34,494 nucleotides of DNA from contig CBDVDH010000003.1 in assembly GCA_965372715.1 (NCBI GenBank), forward strand, positions 1-34,494, written 5' to 3'. The position numbers were made by a program, and so were the translations under genes. Shown here one piece after another: positions 18,164 to 26,799 of this stretch (its first letter is position 1; each line of letters starts with the position of its first letter). The DNA comes from an uncultured bacterium (GTDB lineage Bacteria; B130-G9). The notes beneath the pieces are model-generated. The model saw nothing but the letters and a program-made list of their open reading frames with translations, did not search any database and was not told the origin of the DNA.

Positions 18164-19186
18164 ATGAGTAAGAAGATCGTTTTCGCCAGCGACAAGGCAC
18201 TGCTGCACATCATAAGAGGTGTCGCAAAGGGGCGCGAGGTCTGGGGTCTCAAGAAAGATAACGACGAACTGCACGTTGTGAGGCCGGAGAACCTCGAGGA
18301 CCTGGACCAGGGTTCTTACCGCGCCGTTGAGCCGATCAAATCGGTTCTCTTCCCTGCCAGGGAAGACCTGGGCTCGTGGCCTGGGCCGGAGAAAGAAATA
18401 GAGGCGCCCGGAAGGCTCCTTGTCGGGTTCAAGGCGTGCGACCTTGGGACCTTCGACTTCCTCGACCACGTGTTCTTGGCGGGCGATTTTGTGGACCCAT
18501 TCTACAAAGCGGCCCGGGAGAATGCGTTCATCATTTCTTCGGACTGCACGGCGGCTAAGGAAGTCTGCTTCTGCACCTATCTGAGCCGCAAACCGCATCC
18601 CGAGAAGGGCTACGATCTAAACGTCTCTCCCATCGACGGCGGCAACCTGATCGAGGCGGGCAGTGAGGCGGGCGAGCAGGCGCTGAAGGAGTTCGGCGCG
18701 GGCCTTTCCGAGGCTGACAAGGAGCGGTTAGCAGCTAGGGATACCCGCCGAGCGGAGATGGTCGAGCTAGTGCAGGGCCAGGTGAAGGAGGCGGGCCTCT
18801 CGACGTGGGAAGACGCTTCCCACGATTTCGACAAGAAGTTCTCGCACCCTGTCTGGCATGAGCAGGCCGAGAAATGCGTGGAATGCGGGGCGTGTAACTT
18901 CATCTGCCCGACTTGCCACTGCTTCCTGCTCTGCGAGCTCGAGGAGAAGGAGGGCTTCAAGCGATTCAAGAACTGGGACGCGTGTTTATATCCGGCGTTC
19001 GCCAGGGTGGCTGGCGGAGCGAATCCTCGCAAGCGGAGGTCAGAGAGGCTGCGCAATCGGTTTGACAAGAAGTTCTCATTCTTCGTACAGGAGCTTGGGA
19101 TCCCCGCGTGTACCGGTTGTGGCAGATGCACTGAGGCCTGCGCCGGTGAGATTGACATAAAAGAGGTTCTGCGGAAGGTCTGCTGA
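18164..19186 (+). CDS. AsrA/sulfhydrogenase beta (HydB)-like iron-sulfur protein
   Basis: GFKACD, C....CFC, CVECGACNFICPTCHCF, WDAC and CTGCGRCTEAC. Start is ATG 18164 or TTG 18149. Confidence 0.88.
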   Translation: MSKKIVFASDKALLHIIRGVAKGREVWGLKKDNDELHVVRPENLEDLDQGSYRAVEPIKSVLFPAREDLGSWPGPEKEIEAPGRLLVGFKACDLGTFDFLDHVFLAGDFVDPFYKAARENAFIISSDCTAAKEVCFCTYLSRKPHPEKGYDLNVSPIDGGNLIEAGSEAGEQALKEFGAGLSEADKERLAARDTRRAEMVELVQGQVKEAGLSTWEDASHDFDKKFSHPVWHEQAEKCVECGACNFICPTCHCFLLCELEEKEGFKRFKNWDACLYPAFARVAGGANPRKRRSERLRNRFDKKFSFFVQELGIPACTGCGRCTEACAGEIDIKEVLRKVC

Positions 19187-20004
19187 TGCTAGATCCATAT
19201 CGTCCTGTTGCAGCAAAACTCGAGCGGGTCATCGATGAGACGCCGAACATCAAGACGTTTACCATAAAGCCGGAGCAGCCAATAGAGTTCAGAACCGGTC
19301 AGTTTGTCGAGCTGGCCCTTCCTGGGTTTGGCGAGGCGCCGTTCACGCCGTCCTCTTCTCCGTCCGTGTCCGAGCGGATGGACCTGACGATAATGGATGC
19401 TGGAAGCGTGACATCGAGGCTGCACAAGCTGAAGGCCGGGGCGATGGTAGGCGTCCGGGGGCCTTATGGCGCGTGTTACCCGCTGGACGAGTTCGCCGGC
19501 AAGACGGTCCTCATCGTCGGCGGCGGCGTCGGGCTTGCGCCTTTGCGGTCGCTTCTTTTCGCGCTGTTCGAGGACGCTAAAGGCCGGTTTGAGAGGATTG
19601 TCCTTTGCTACGGCGCTCGGTCGCCGCAGGACTTGGTTTATAAAGATAGCCTCAAGCGGTGGGGTGAGAAGAAGCAATTGGAGCTGCACGTCTCCGTCGA
19701 TGTGGGAGACGATACCTGGACGGGCAAGGTAGGCGTTGTCACTATTCTCTTGGACGACGTGCAAATAGACATTAAGAAGACCGCCGCGGTCGCGTGCGGG
19801 CCGCCGGTGATGATGTTCTTCGCGACCAAGAAGCTGCTGGACATGGGCTTTGCGGACAGCGACATTTACCTTTCCATGGAGAAGAACATGAGCTGCGGCT
19901 TGGGCAAATGCGGGCACTGCCGGTTAGGGCCTTATTATGCGTGTAAAGATGGGCCGGTATTTACGTATGACAAGATCAAAGGCTTGCCTGGGATTTGGGA
20001 CTGA
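19186..20004 (+). CDS. AsrB/sulfhydrogenase gamma (HydG)-like FAD/NAD(P)-binding [2Fe-2S] subunit
   Basis: GQFV...GEAPF, RGPYG, GGGVGLAPLRS, YGARSP, CGPPVMM and MSCGLGKCGHC...C.DGPVF. Confidence 0.9.
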   Translation: MLDPYRPVAAKLERVIDETPNIKTFTIKPEQPIEFRTGQFVELALPGFGEAPFTPSSSPSVSERMDLTIMDAGSVTSRLHKLKAGAMVGVRGPYGACYPLDEFAGKTVLIVGGGVGLAPLRSLLFALFEDAKGRFERIVLCYGARSPQDLVYKDSLKRWGEKKQLELHVSVDVGDDTWTGKVGVVTILLDDVQIDIKKTAAVACGPPVMMFFATKKLLDMGFADSDIYLSMEKNMSCGLGKCGHCRLGPYYACKDGPVFTYDKIKGLPGIWD

Positions 20005-20007
20005 GAA

Positions 20008-20502
20008 GTGAGTAAACGGCTCATCATAGACCTCGACAAGTGGCGAAGCACGCCGGACTGCACGGCCTCGTGCAGCTACTACTACCATCCTGACAACGAC
20101 GGTGTGCTCAATGTTGTCGAGCTCGCGTCGTTTGAGGTCTTCTGCCGCCGGTGTGAGCTGAAATCCTGCGTCAACGCGTGCCGCTACGACGCTCTGAAGA
20201 CGACAGAAGATGACGGCATGCCCAAGCGCTCGAATATGCTGTGCACGGGGTGCAAGTCGTGTTCGCAGGCCTGTCCGTTTGGGATCATTATTCCTACTAC
20301 GCTGCGATACATAGCGAGCATCTGCGACGAGTGCATCGACAGAAGGGAAGGTGTGCCTGAATGCGTTCAGACCTGTTCCTGCGATGCGATCAAATACGAG
20401 GAAGTCCCTGAGGAGGCGGAGGACGTGCACCTGATAGGCGACTTCATTGCGGCCAAGTCTCGGGCGTGGCAGAAGTCGGAGCCCCTGGAAGAGAAAAAAT
20501 GA
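20008..20502 (+). CDS. DmsB/HycB-like polyferredoxin electron-transfer subunit
   Basis: CRRC...CVNAC, CTGCKSCSQACPFG and CDEC...PECVQTC; first cluster motif is degenerate. Confidence 0.8.
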   Translation: MSKRLIIDLDKWRSTPDCTASCSYYYHPDNDGVLNVVELASFEVFCRRCELKSCVNACRYDALKTTEDDGMPKRSNMLCTGCKSCSQACPFGIIIPTTLRYIASICDECIDRREGVPECVQTCSCDAIKYEEVPEEAEDVHLIGDFIAAKSRAWQKSEPLEEKK

Positions 20503-21434
20503 ACGTCGGACACGCATTACTGCTTTTCCTGATATTCCCTGGCTTTCTTTTCACCGCCGTGCTAGGGCTTCTGGTCTCCTGGCTGGATAGAAAAGTCACG
20601 GCTCGCGTCCAGTGGCGCGTCGGGCCGCCGTTTTATCAAGGTTTCGCTGACTTCTTCAAGCTACTGGGCAAGGAGACGATTATCCCAGAGGGCGCTTCGC
20701 GCCTCGCTTTCCTGGGGGCGCCGCTTATGGGTGTGGCAGCAGTTACGCTGGCCTCGACAATCTTGATTGCGGGGATGGTCTGGCCGAATCAGAGCTTCGC
20801 CGGTGACCTGATCGTCGTTTTCTACCTCTTGGCCATCCCATCACTCGCGATAATTATTGGAGGCGCGGCATCGAAGAACGCGCTTGCCTCGCTGGGCGCA
20901 AGCCGGGAGATGAAGCTGGTGTTGAGTTACGAGCTGCCGCTTATTCTGGCGATTCTTGTGCCCGTGATACAGAGCGGCGGGCGGCTGCGCATCGGTGAGC
21001 TCGCTCAGTATCAGATGGCGCACGGCTCGTTCGCCTGGTCTCTGTCCGGGGTGATCGCGCTTCTGGTCTGCATTATGTGTCTTCAGGGGAAGCTCGGGCT
21101 TGTGCCGTTTGACCAGGCGGAGGCGGAGACGGAGATAATGGGCGGCGCGTTGATCGAGTATTCCGGGGCGCCGCTTGCGATGTTCAAGCTTCAGAAGGCG
21201 ATGATGCTGGTCGCGATGCCGGTTTTCATACTTGCGGTGCTTTGGGGCGGCTTGGGCAATACAGTTTCTTCTTTCATACTGGGGCTCATCAAGTATCTTG
21301 TCTTGATTGTGCTCGTTACTCTGATCAGAAACACCAACCCCAGGGTAAGGATCGACCACGTGATGAAGTTCTTCTGGGGCCTAGTGAGTGTATTCGCCGT
21401 GCTGGCGGTTATTTTGGCCGTGTTGGGGGTCTGA
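20499..21434 (+). CDS. Membrane anchor subunit, NuoH/HycD/MbhM family
   Basis: DRKVTARVQWRVGPP, DFFKLLGKE, GASRE, SYE and PFDQAEAETEIMGG..EYSG; ATGA overlap with the upstream stop. Confidence 0.92.
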   Translation: MNVGHALLLFLIFPGFLFTAVLGLLVSWLDRKVTARVQWRVGPPFYQGFADFFKLLGKETIIPEGASRLAFLGAPLMGVAAVTLASTILIAGMVWPNQSFAGDLIVVFYLLAIPSLAIIIGGAASKNALASLGASREMKLVLSYELPLILAILVPVIQSGGRLRIGELAQYQMAHGSFAWSLSGVIALLVCIMCLQGKLGLVPFDQAEAETEIMGGALIEYSGAPLAMFKLQKAMMLVAMPVFILAVLWGGLGNTVSSFILGLIKYLVLIVLVTLIRNTNPRVRIDHVMKFFWGLVSVFAVLAVILAVLGV

Positions 21435-21435
21435 C

Positions 21436-21858
21436 GTGAGCTTACTCTTGAAGGCACTCACGAAATCACTCTGGGTATTCCACGCCTGCTCTGGTTCGTG
21501 CAATAACTGCGACATAGAGATTCTGGACCTCTTGACGCCGCGGTTCGACGTGGAGCGCTTTGGGGTCCTTTTGGTGGGCAGCGCGAGACACGCGGATGCC
21601 CTTCTGGTCACTGGGGCGATGAACAGGAAATCGGCCAAGAGGATAAGAACCGTATATGAGCAGACGGCCAAGCCTTGCCTGGTCATTGCGTTCGGGGCGT
21701 GCGCGCTGGGTCAGGGCATTTTTCGGGATAGCTACCCGATCACGGTTCCGCTGGATGAGATCATCCCAGTTGATGTTTATATTCCGGGCTGTCCGCCCAA
21801 ACCTGAGGCCATGATCGCCGGAATAGTCAAGGGTCTTGAGAAGCTAAAGGGACTGTAA
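21436..21858 (+). CDS. Group 4 hydrogenase small subunit (NuoB/EchC/MbhJ family)
   Basis: GSCNNCDIE (CxxC rather than the complex I CC), RHADALLVTG, GAC and IPGCPPKP; GTG directly after the upstream stop. Confidence 0.92.
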   Translation: MSLLLKALTKSLWVFHACSGSCNNCDIEILDLLTPRFDVERFGVLLVGSARHADALLVTGAMNRKSAKRIRTVYEQTAKPCLVIAFGACALGQGIFRDSYPITVPLDEIIPVDVYIPGCPPKPEAMIAGIVKGLEKLKGL

Positions 21859-21859
21859 G

Positions 21860-22321
21860 GTGCAAGAAAGCGTTCTGGACAAGCTGATTGAGGACCTGGG
21901 GCCAAAGCTGAAAAACGTCTTCAAGAAGTCCCCACGAAGGGTCTATCTTAACGTTGAGCCAGACGGTCTATTGGACGTCGCCAGATACATTCTCAAGATG
22001 GATGGCGTTCGATACGCCATCGCTACTGGGATCGACACTCCGGCGGGTTTCGAGGTTTTGCACCACTTCGATTTCGACAAGCATAATATGATCGTAAGCG
22101 TTCGTGTGTTGGCCGATCGTGACAATCCGATTCTTCCGTCTGTGGCCACGATAACAAAGGCGGCGGAGTGGATAGAGCGTGAGATGCACGATATGTTGGG
22201 AATAAACTTCGAGGACCATCCTGACATGCGGCGTCTTCTTCTGCCTGAGGATTGGCCCGACGATGTCTTTCCGCTCAGACGCGGCAAACCCTGGGAAGGT
22301 AAGGTACCCAAGAAGATATGA
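21860..22321 (+). CDS. NuoC/EchD/MbhK-family subunit
   Basis: TGIDT, A.WIEREMHDMLGINFEDHPDMRRLLLP.DW..FPLR. Confidence 0.92.
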   Translation: MQESVLDKLIEDLGPKLKNVFKKSPRRVYLNVEPDGLLDVARYILKMDGVRYAIATGIDTPAGFEVLHHFDFDKHNMIVSVRVLADRDNPILPSVATITKAAEWIEREMHDMLGINFEDHPDMRRLLLPEDWPDDVFPLRRGKPWEGKVPKKI

Positions 22322-23502
22322 AATCTGTCATCCCAATCGGGCCATATCATCCGCTCCAGGAGGAGCCGGAGCTGTTCCGACTCTACGTCGATGGCGAGAC
22401 GGTCGTGGACATAGACATCGAGATCGGCTGGAACCACCGAGGCATCGAGAAGATCTGCGAGTCGAAGAGCTTCGACCAGGTAACATTCGTAATCGAGCGG
22501 ATATGCGGGATATGCTCGACCTCCCACCCGATCGCCTACGTTCAGGCGGTCGAGGACGTTGGCGGGGTCGAGGTCCCCGAAAGGGCCAAGTATATCCGGA
22601 CCGTAATCGGCGAGCTGGAGCGCATCCATAGCCACCTCTTGTGGGCCGGGCTTGCGGGACATTTCCTTGGATACAATACTGTCTTCATGTGGGCCTGGAA
22701 GTATCGCGAACCTGTCTTAGACATCTTTGAGGAGCTGACCGGCAACCGGAACCACTACGCAATGATGAAGCCGGGCGGCGTGCGAAGGGACCTGGACGAG
22801 AGCAAATTCGAGAGCGTGGCAAAGCGGCTGGACGAGCTGGTGCCCAAGCTGGACCTTCTGGCCGGCGCGTTTCTGGACGATCCGGTCCTTCACGCGAGGC
22901 TCAAGGGCATTGGGATTTTGACGCCGGAGAAAGCGCTCGAATATGCCGCGCTGGGGCCGACGGTGCGCGCCTCAGGCATCGCCAAGGACATCAGAAGGGA
23001 TCACCCCCACGCCGCTTACGACAAGATCGACTGGAAAGTGATCACGTTGCCGGAGGGCGATGTCTTCGCGAAAGCAATCGTCAGGGTTCTTGAGATGTAC
23101 GAGTCCGTCAAAATCATCAAGCAATGCCTGGAGAAGATGCCCCAAGGCGAGATCGACGCCAAGATTGAGGAGGTGCCGCCAGGCGAGGGCATTGGCCATT
23201 ACGAGGCGCCTCGTGGCGAGACTTTCCACTACGTTCGTTCGGACGGCACGAACACCCCCGTTCGGCACAAGGTCAGGGCGCCAACCTTCATGAACCTTCC
23301 GACGGCAAAGGCAACCGTGGTCGGCGGGACCATAGCGGACGCTACAATAATTCTGGCCGCGATTGACCCGTGCTACTGCTGCACGGAGCGGATGGCGATG
23401 ACGTTTGACTACAAGAGCAAGAGACCTATTATGACGGGCATGGACCTCGTCAAACTCTCTCAGGAAAAGACGGCCAGGTTGCGTAAGGAGATGGGAGTGT
23501 GA
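22318..23502 (+). CDS. Group 4 [NiFe]-hydrogenase large subunit
   Basis: GPYHP, HRGIEK, L1 ERICGICS, ELERIHSH, EAPRGE and L2 DPCYCCTER followed by a ~36 aa extension. Confidence 0.95.
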   Translation: MKSVIPIGPYHPLQEEPELFRLYVDGETVVDIDIEIGWNHRGIEKICESKSFDQVTFVIERICGICSTSHPIAYVQAVEDVGGVEVPERAKYIRTVIGELERIHSHLLWAGLAGHFLGYNTVFMWAWKYREPVLDIFEELTGNRNHYAMMKPGGVRRDLDESKFESVAKRLDELVPKLDLLAGAFLDDPVLHARLKGIGILTPEKALEYAALGPTVRASGIAKDIRRDHPHAAYDKIDWKVITLPEGDVFAKAIVRVLEMYESVKIIKQCLEKMPQGEIDAKIEEVPPGEGIGHYEAPRGETFHYVRSDGTNTPVRHKVRAPTFMNLPTAKATVVGGTIADATIILAAIDPCYCCTERMAMTFDYKSKRPIMTGMDLVKLSQEKTARLRKEMGV

Positions 23503-25376
23503 GCGGCGGCGTTCTCTGGTATCCGATTCTCATCCCGCTTGTCGCCGGCATAGTCTGCCTCGTGCTGCCCAGAAAGCTCTCAGTCCTTACGAAGCTACTC
23601 GCCTTCGTTGCGACCGGCTTGGCGTTTGGATACTCCATTTTCCTGTTCACAGCTGGCAAGTTGAGCTACGCTTGGCCGAGCACGCGCTTCGCCCGGTCCT
23701 GGGCCGGCACGCAGCTGCTAGCCTGCGACCAGCTGACTGGCTTCTTATCGCTCGCGGCCGGTTTCTTCGGCTTTGCTATTCTTCTTTATTCGCTCGGCTT
23801 CCTAGCGAGAGAGAACCACAGCCCAAGCGCCTACTACGGCAACTACCTGCTGGCCCTGGGGGCCACATTCGGCGCGCTGCTATCCACCAACCTCATCCTG
23901 CTCCTGATGTTCTGGGGCTTCCTGGGCATACCGTTCTTCTTACTCATCAATATGGGCTCGGAGAAGGCCGCCGCCGCCGCCAAGAAGACGTTCATCATCC
24001 TGGGCGGAAGCGATTCGCTGCTCATTATGGGTGTTGCGATTGTGTGGGTGCTCACGGGCAGCCTCGACATGGGCAATATCACGATTGCAACCACGTCTGG
24101 CGCAGGAACGTTGGCCTATATCTTTTTTGTCGTTGCGGCATTCGCCAAGGCCGGCGCCGTGCCGGTGCAATCCTGGGTCCCAGACGCCGCGGAGGCCTCG
24201 CCAGCGCCGGTCGCCGCATTCTTGCCAGCCTCCTTGGACAAGCTCTTGGGCATCTACCTCTTTGCACGGGCCACACTCAACCTCTTTGAGGTCACGCCTG
24301 GCTTGAGATCGCTAATGATGATTCTGGGAGCTATCACCATTATCGCCGCGGTTATGATGGCATTGGTTCAGCACAATCTCAGGCGCCTCTTGGGCTTTCA
24401 CGCCGTAAGTCAGGTCGGCTACATGGTGCTGGGTATTGCGACCGGGACGCTTGTTGGCGTGGCTGGCGGGCTGTTCCACATGCTGAACCATGCTCTTTAT
24501 AAATCGTGTCTCTTCTTGACCGCTGGGGCGGCAGAGCAAAGGAGCAAAAGCGGGGAGCTGTCGGACATGGGTGGCCTGGCGAAGGCAATGCCGCTCACGT
24601 TCTTCTCCGCGGTAGTTGCTGCGCTTGCCATCTCGGGAGTTCCGCCACTGAACGGCTTCTACTCCAAATGGATGGTCTATCAAGGCATTGTCGAATTCGG
24701 CAAGAGGGGCGGATTGCTGTGGGTATTCCTGCTTGTTGCAGCCATGTTCGGAAGCGCACTGACGCTTGCTAGCTTCGTCAAAGTGCTTCATTCTGTCTTT
24801 CTGGGAAGAACTAAGGAGGGCGAGGCCGAGGTCAAAAGGGGGCCTACGCCCAACTTCGCAATGAAGCTGCCCATGGTTGTCATCGCCCTAATCTGCGTAG
24901 TGTTCGGCGTTTGGGCATACAAGGTTCCAATCATAAACTTCATCAACCCTGGACTTGCGGGGCTGGGTCTTTCTGAGGCTTCAGAGAACCTGCTCGGGTT
25001 CTGGGCGCCGGGCCTTGCAACCATACTGCTCATTGTGGCGCTCGTGGTTGGCGCCTTGATCTATGTATTCACAAAAGCGCTCAAGGTTCGCGAGGATGTA
25101 CCATACGTTGGCGGCGAGGTGGGAGCCAGGGCAAAGGAGTATCAGTTCTCGGGCCTGGACTTCTACAAGACCGTGCCCAAGATCGGTCTGCTTTCGGGCC
25201 TCTATCGTGCTGCCGAGGCCAAATGGCTTGACTTGTATGAAGTAAGTCGGCGCCTCGCCTTTTACATAACCGGGATACTAAAGACGGCGCACTCAGGAAT
25301 ACTCCTCTCGTATGTATCATGGTGCGTTCTGGGACTTGTTGTGCTCATCTGGTTCTTGGTCTGGCGAGCATGGTGA
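23499..25376 (+). CDS. Antiporter-like subunit (NuoL/MrpA-type with long C-terminal tail)
   Basis: KAGAVP..SWVPDA, LDKLLG, FHAVSQVGY, HALYKSCLFL.AG, GVPPLNGFYSKW and C-terminal AHSG...Y plus TM. FWG replaces the usual FWE. Confidence 0.9.
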   Translation: MSGGVLWYPILIPLVAGIVCLVLPRKLSVLTKLLAFVATGLAFGYSIFLFTAGKLSYAWPSTRFARSWAGTQLLACDQLTGFLSLAAGFFGFAILLYSLGFLARENHSPSAYYGNYLLALGATFGALLSTNLILLLMFWGFLGIPFFLLINMGSEKAAAAAKKTFIILGGSDSLLIMGVAIVWVLTGSLDMGNITIATTSGAGTLAYIFFVVAAFAKAGAVPVQSWVPDAAEASPAPVAAFLPASLDKLLGIYLFARATLNLFEVTPGLRSLMMILGAITIIAAVMMALVQHNLRRLLGFHAVSQVGYMVLGIATGTLVGVAGGLFHMLNHALYKSCLFLTAGAAEQRSKSGELSDMGGLAKAMPLTFFSAVVAALAISGVPPLNGFYSKWMVYQGIVEFGKRGGLLWVFLLVAAMFGSALTLASFVKVLHSVFLGRTKEGEAEVKRGPTPNFAMKLPMVVIALICVVFGVWAYKVPIINFINPGLAGLGLSEASENLLGFWAPGLATILLIVALVVGALIYVFTKALKVREDVPYVGGEVGARAKEYQFSGLDFYKTVPKIGLLSGLYRAAEAKWLDLYEVSRRLAFYITGILKTAHSGILLSYVSWCVLGLVVLIWFLVWRAW

Positions 25377-25384
25377 GGTAGAGG

Positions 25385-25963
25385 ATGTTTGATCTCATAA
25401 CGCTGCTCCTGCTTTTCATGATTATCGCCTCGGTTATTGCCCTTTTCACCAATGACCTTCTGTCGGCGGTGATTGCCCTGGGGGCCGTCGGGTTCGGCTC
25501 AACCGTGCTGTTTCTGCTCCTCAAAGCCCCGGACGTGGTCCCAACCCACATAGTGGTTGAAGTGCTTACCCTAATAATCCTGATCAGAGCCGTAGTCGGG
25601 CGCGAAACCGTGACTTTTACGGGGATCAGAACAATACCCGTGGCGGCGGCCTCGGGCGTTCTGGTTCTCATATTCCTGACGTTCGCGGTGATGAGCTTCT
25701 CAGACATGCCAGAGTTTGGCACGCCTTCAATGATAACCAATATCGACGCCCCTTCCAGAACCTATATCGCAGAAGGGCTCAAGGAGACCGGCGCCGCGAA
25801 TGCCGTGACGGCAGTGCTTCTGGACTACCGAGCCTACGATACCCTCGGCGAGGCGACCATACTGTTCACTGCGATCATAGGCGCTATGGTGCTTCTTAGG
25901 CGCAGGAGCAGAAAGAATCGGCAAGGCCCGCCGGACAGCGAGCAGGGAGGCAACGAGAAATGA
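25385..25963 (+). CDS. DUF4040/MbhD-MbhE fusion (MrpA C-terminal/MrpB N-terminal like)
   Basis: APDV...VE followed by NAVTAVLLDYRAYDTLGE. Confidence 0.85.
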   Translation: MFDLITLLLLFMIIASVIALFTNDLLSAVIALGAVGFGSTVLFLLLKAPDVVPTHIVVEVLTLIILIRAVVGRETVTFTGIRTIPVAAASGVLVLIFLTFAVMSFSDMPEFGTPSMITNIDAPSRTYIAEGLKETGAANAVTAVLLDYRAYDTLGEATILFTAIIGAMVLLRRRSRKNRQGPPDSEQGGNEK

Positions 25964-26439
25964 ACGGCGGCCTCAGCATAATAGTTAAGACCGCGACCCG
26001 CTGGGTGGTTGATTTCATTTTTCTGTATGGCCTCTTCTTAATCGCATACGGGCACCTCACACCTGGAGGTGGTTTTCCGGGAGGCGTAACCATCGCCAGC
26101 GCATACGTTTTAATTATGCTGGCGTTTGGCAAGGAGAAGCTCTATCAGAACTTAGCGTTCAAGACTGCCTCTCGACTGGACTGCGTGGGGGCGCTGATGT
26201 TCCTGGCAGTGGCTTTGCTGGGACTTGCCTATGCTGGTCCTTTCTTCGTCAATTTCATCGAGAAGCGCGTCCCTGGGGCCGACTTCCGACTCTTCTCCGC
26301 CGGCGTCATACCAATCTGCAACATCGCTATTGCGATCAAAGTAGCTGCCTCGCTCGTTCTAGTCGCTGTGGTTCTTTCGGCGGTGAGAGTCGTGCCAGGC
26401 GGCACCGATGAGCAGTTCCGCGCCGAGGAGGAGGAGTGA
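25960..26439 (+). CDS. MrpB/MnhB/MbhF-family subunit
   Basis: GHLTPGGGFPGG motif; four TM segments. Confidence 0.88.
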   Translation: MNGGLSIIVKTATRWVVDFIFLYGLFLIAYGHLTPGGGFPGGVTIASAYVLIMLAFGKEKLYQNLAFKTASRLDCVGALMFLAVALLGLAYAGPFFVNFIEKRVPGADFRLFSAGVIPICNIAIAIKVAASLVLVAVVLSAVRVVPGGTDEQFRAEEEE

Positions 26440-26786
26440 TGATCTATATCCTCTGCATAATCCTCTTCTGCGTCGGCCTTCTGGGCGTTGTTACACGGCG
26501 CAACCTGATCAAGATCATACTTGGCGTCAAGATCATCGAGTATGCGGTGAATCTGATGTTGATACTAGTCGGTTACAGAGCCGGAGGCATAGCGCCGATT
26601 CGTGATAGGAGCATGTCTGCCGCAACATTCGCTCAGAGCTCGGTGGACCCATTACCGCAGGCGATGGTTCTGACGGCCATAGTCATCGGGCTTGGCGTCC
26701 TTGCGCTGCTGACCGCGATCGCAATCAGGCTGTACCACAAATACGGGACTTACGACATAACCAGAATAAGAAGGCTTAGGGGCTAG
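26436..26786 (+). CDS. MrpC/MbhG-family subunit
   Basis: NLIKIILG and DPLPQAMVLTAIVIG. Confidence 0.92.
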   Translation: MMIYILCIILFCVGLLGVVTRRNLIKIILGVKIIEYAVNLMLILVGYRAGGIAPIRDRSMSAATFAQSSVDPLPQAMVLTAIVIGLGVLALLTAIAIRLYHKYGTYDITRIRRLRG

Positions 26787-26799
26787 GAGGAGCAAGCAG

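Noticed and set aside
17805-18200. ORFs 17805-18200 (-) and 17965-18156 (+)
   Set aside because: No recognisable motifs, and they overlap the probable promoter region; likely spurious.
18164-20004. Anaerobic sulfite reductase or group 3b sulfhydrogenase
   Set aside because: No AsrC siroheme subunit and no HydD/HydA-type subunits in the window.
22318-23502. [NiFeSe] hydrogenase or stop-codon recoding
   Set aside because: The L2 cysteines are TGC codons and there is no in-frame TGA. Operon TGA stops are explained by overlaps with the next gene's start.
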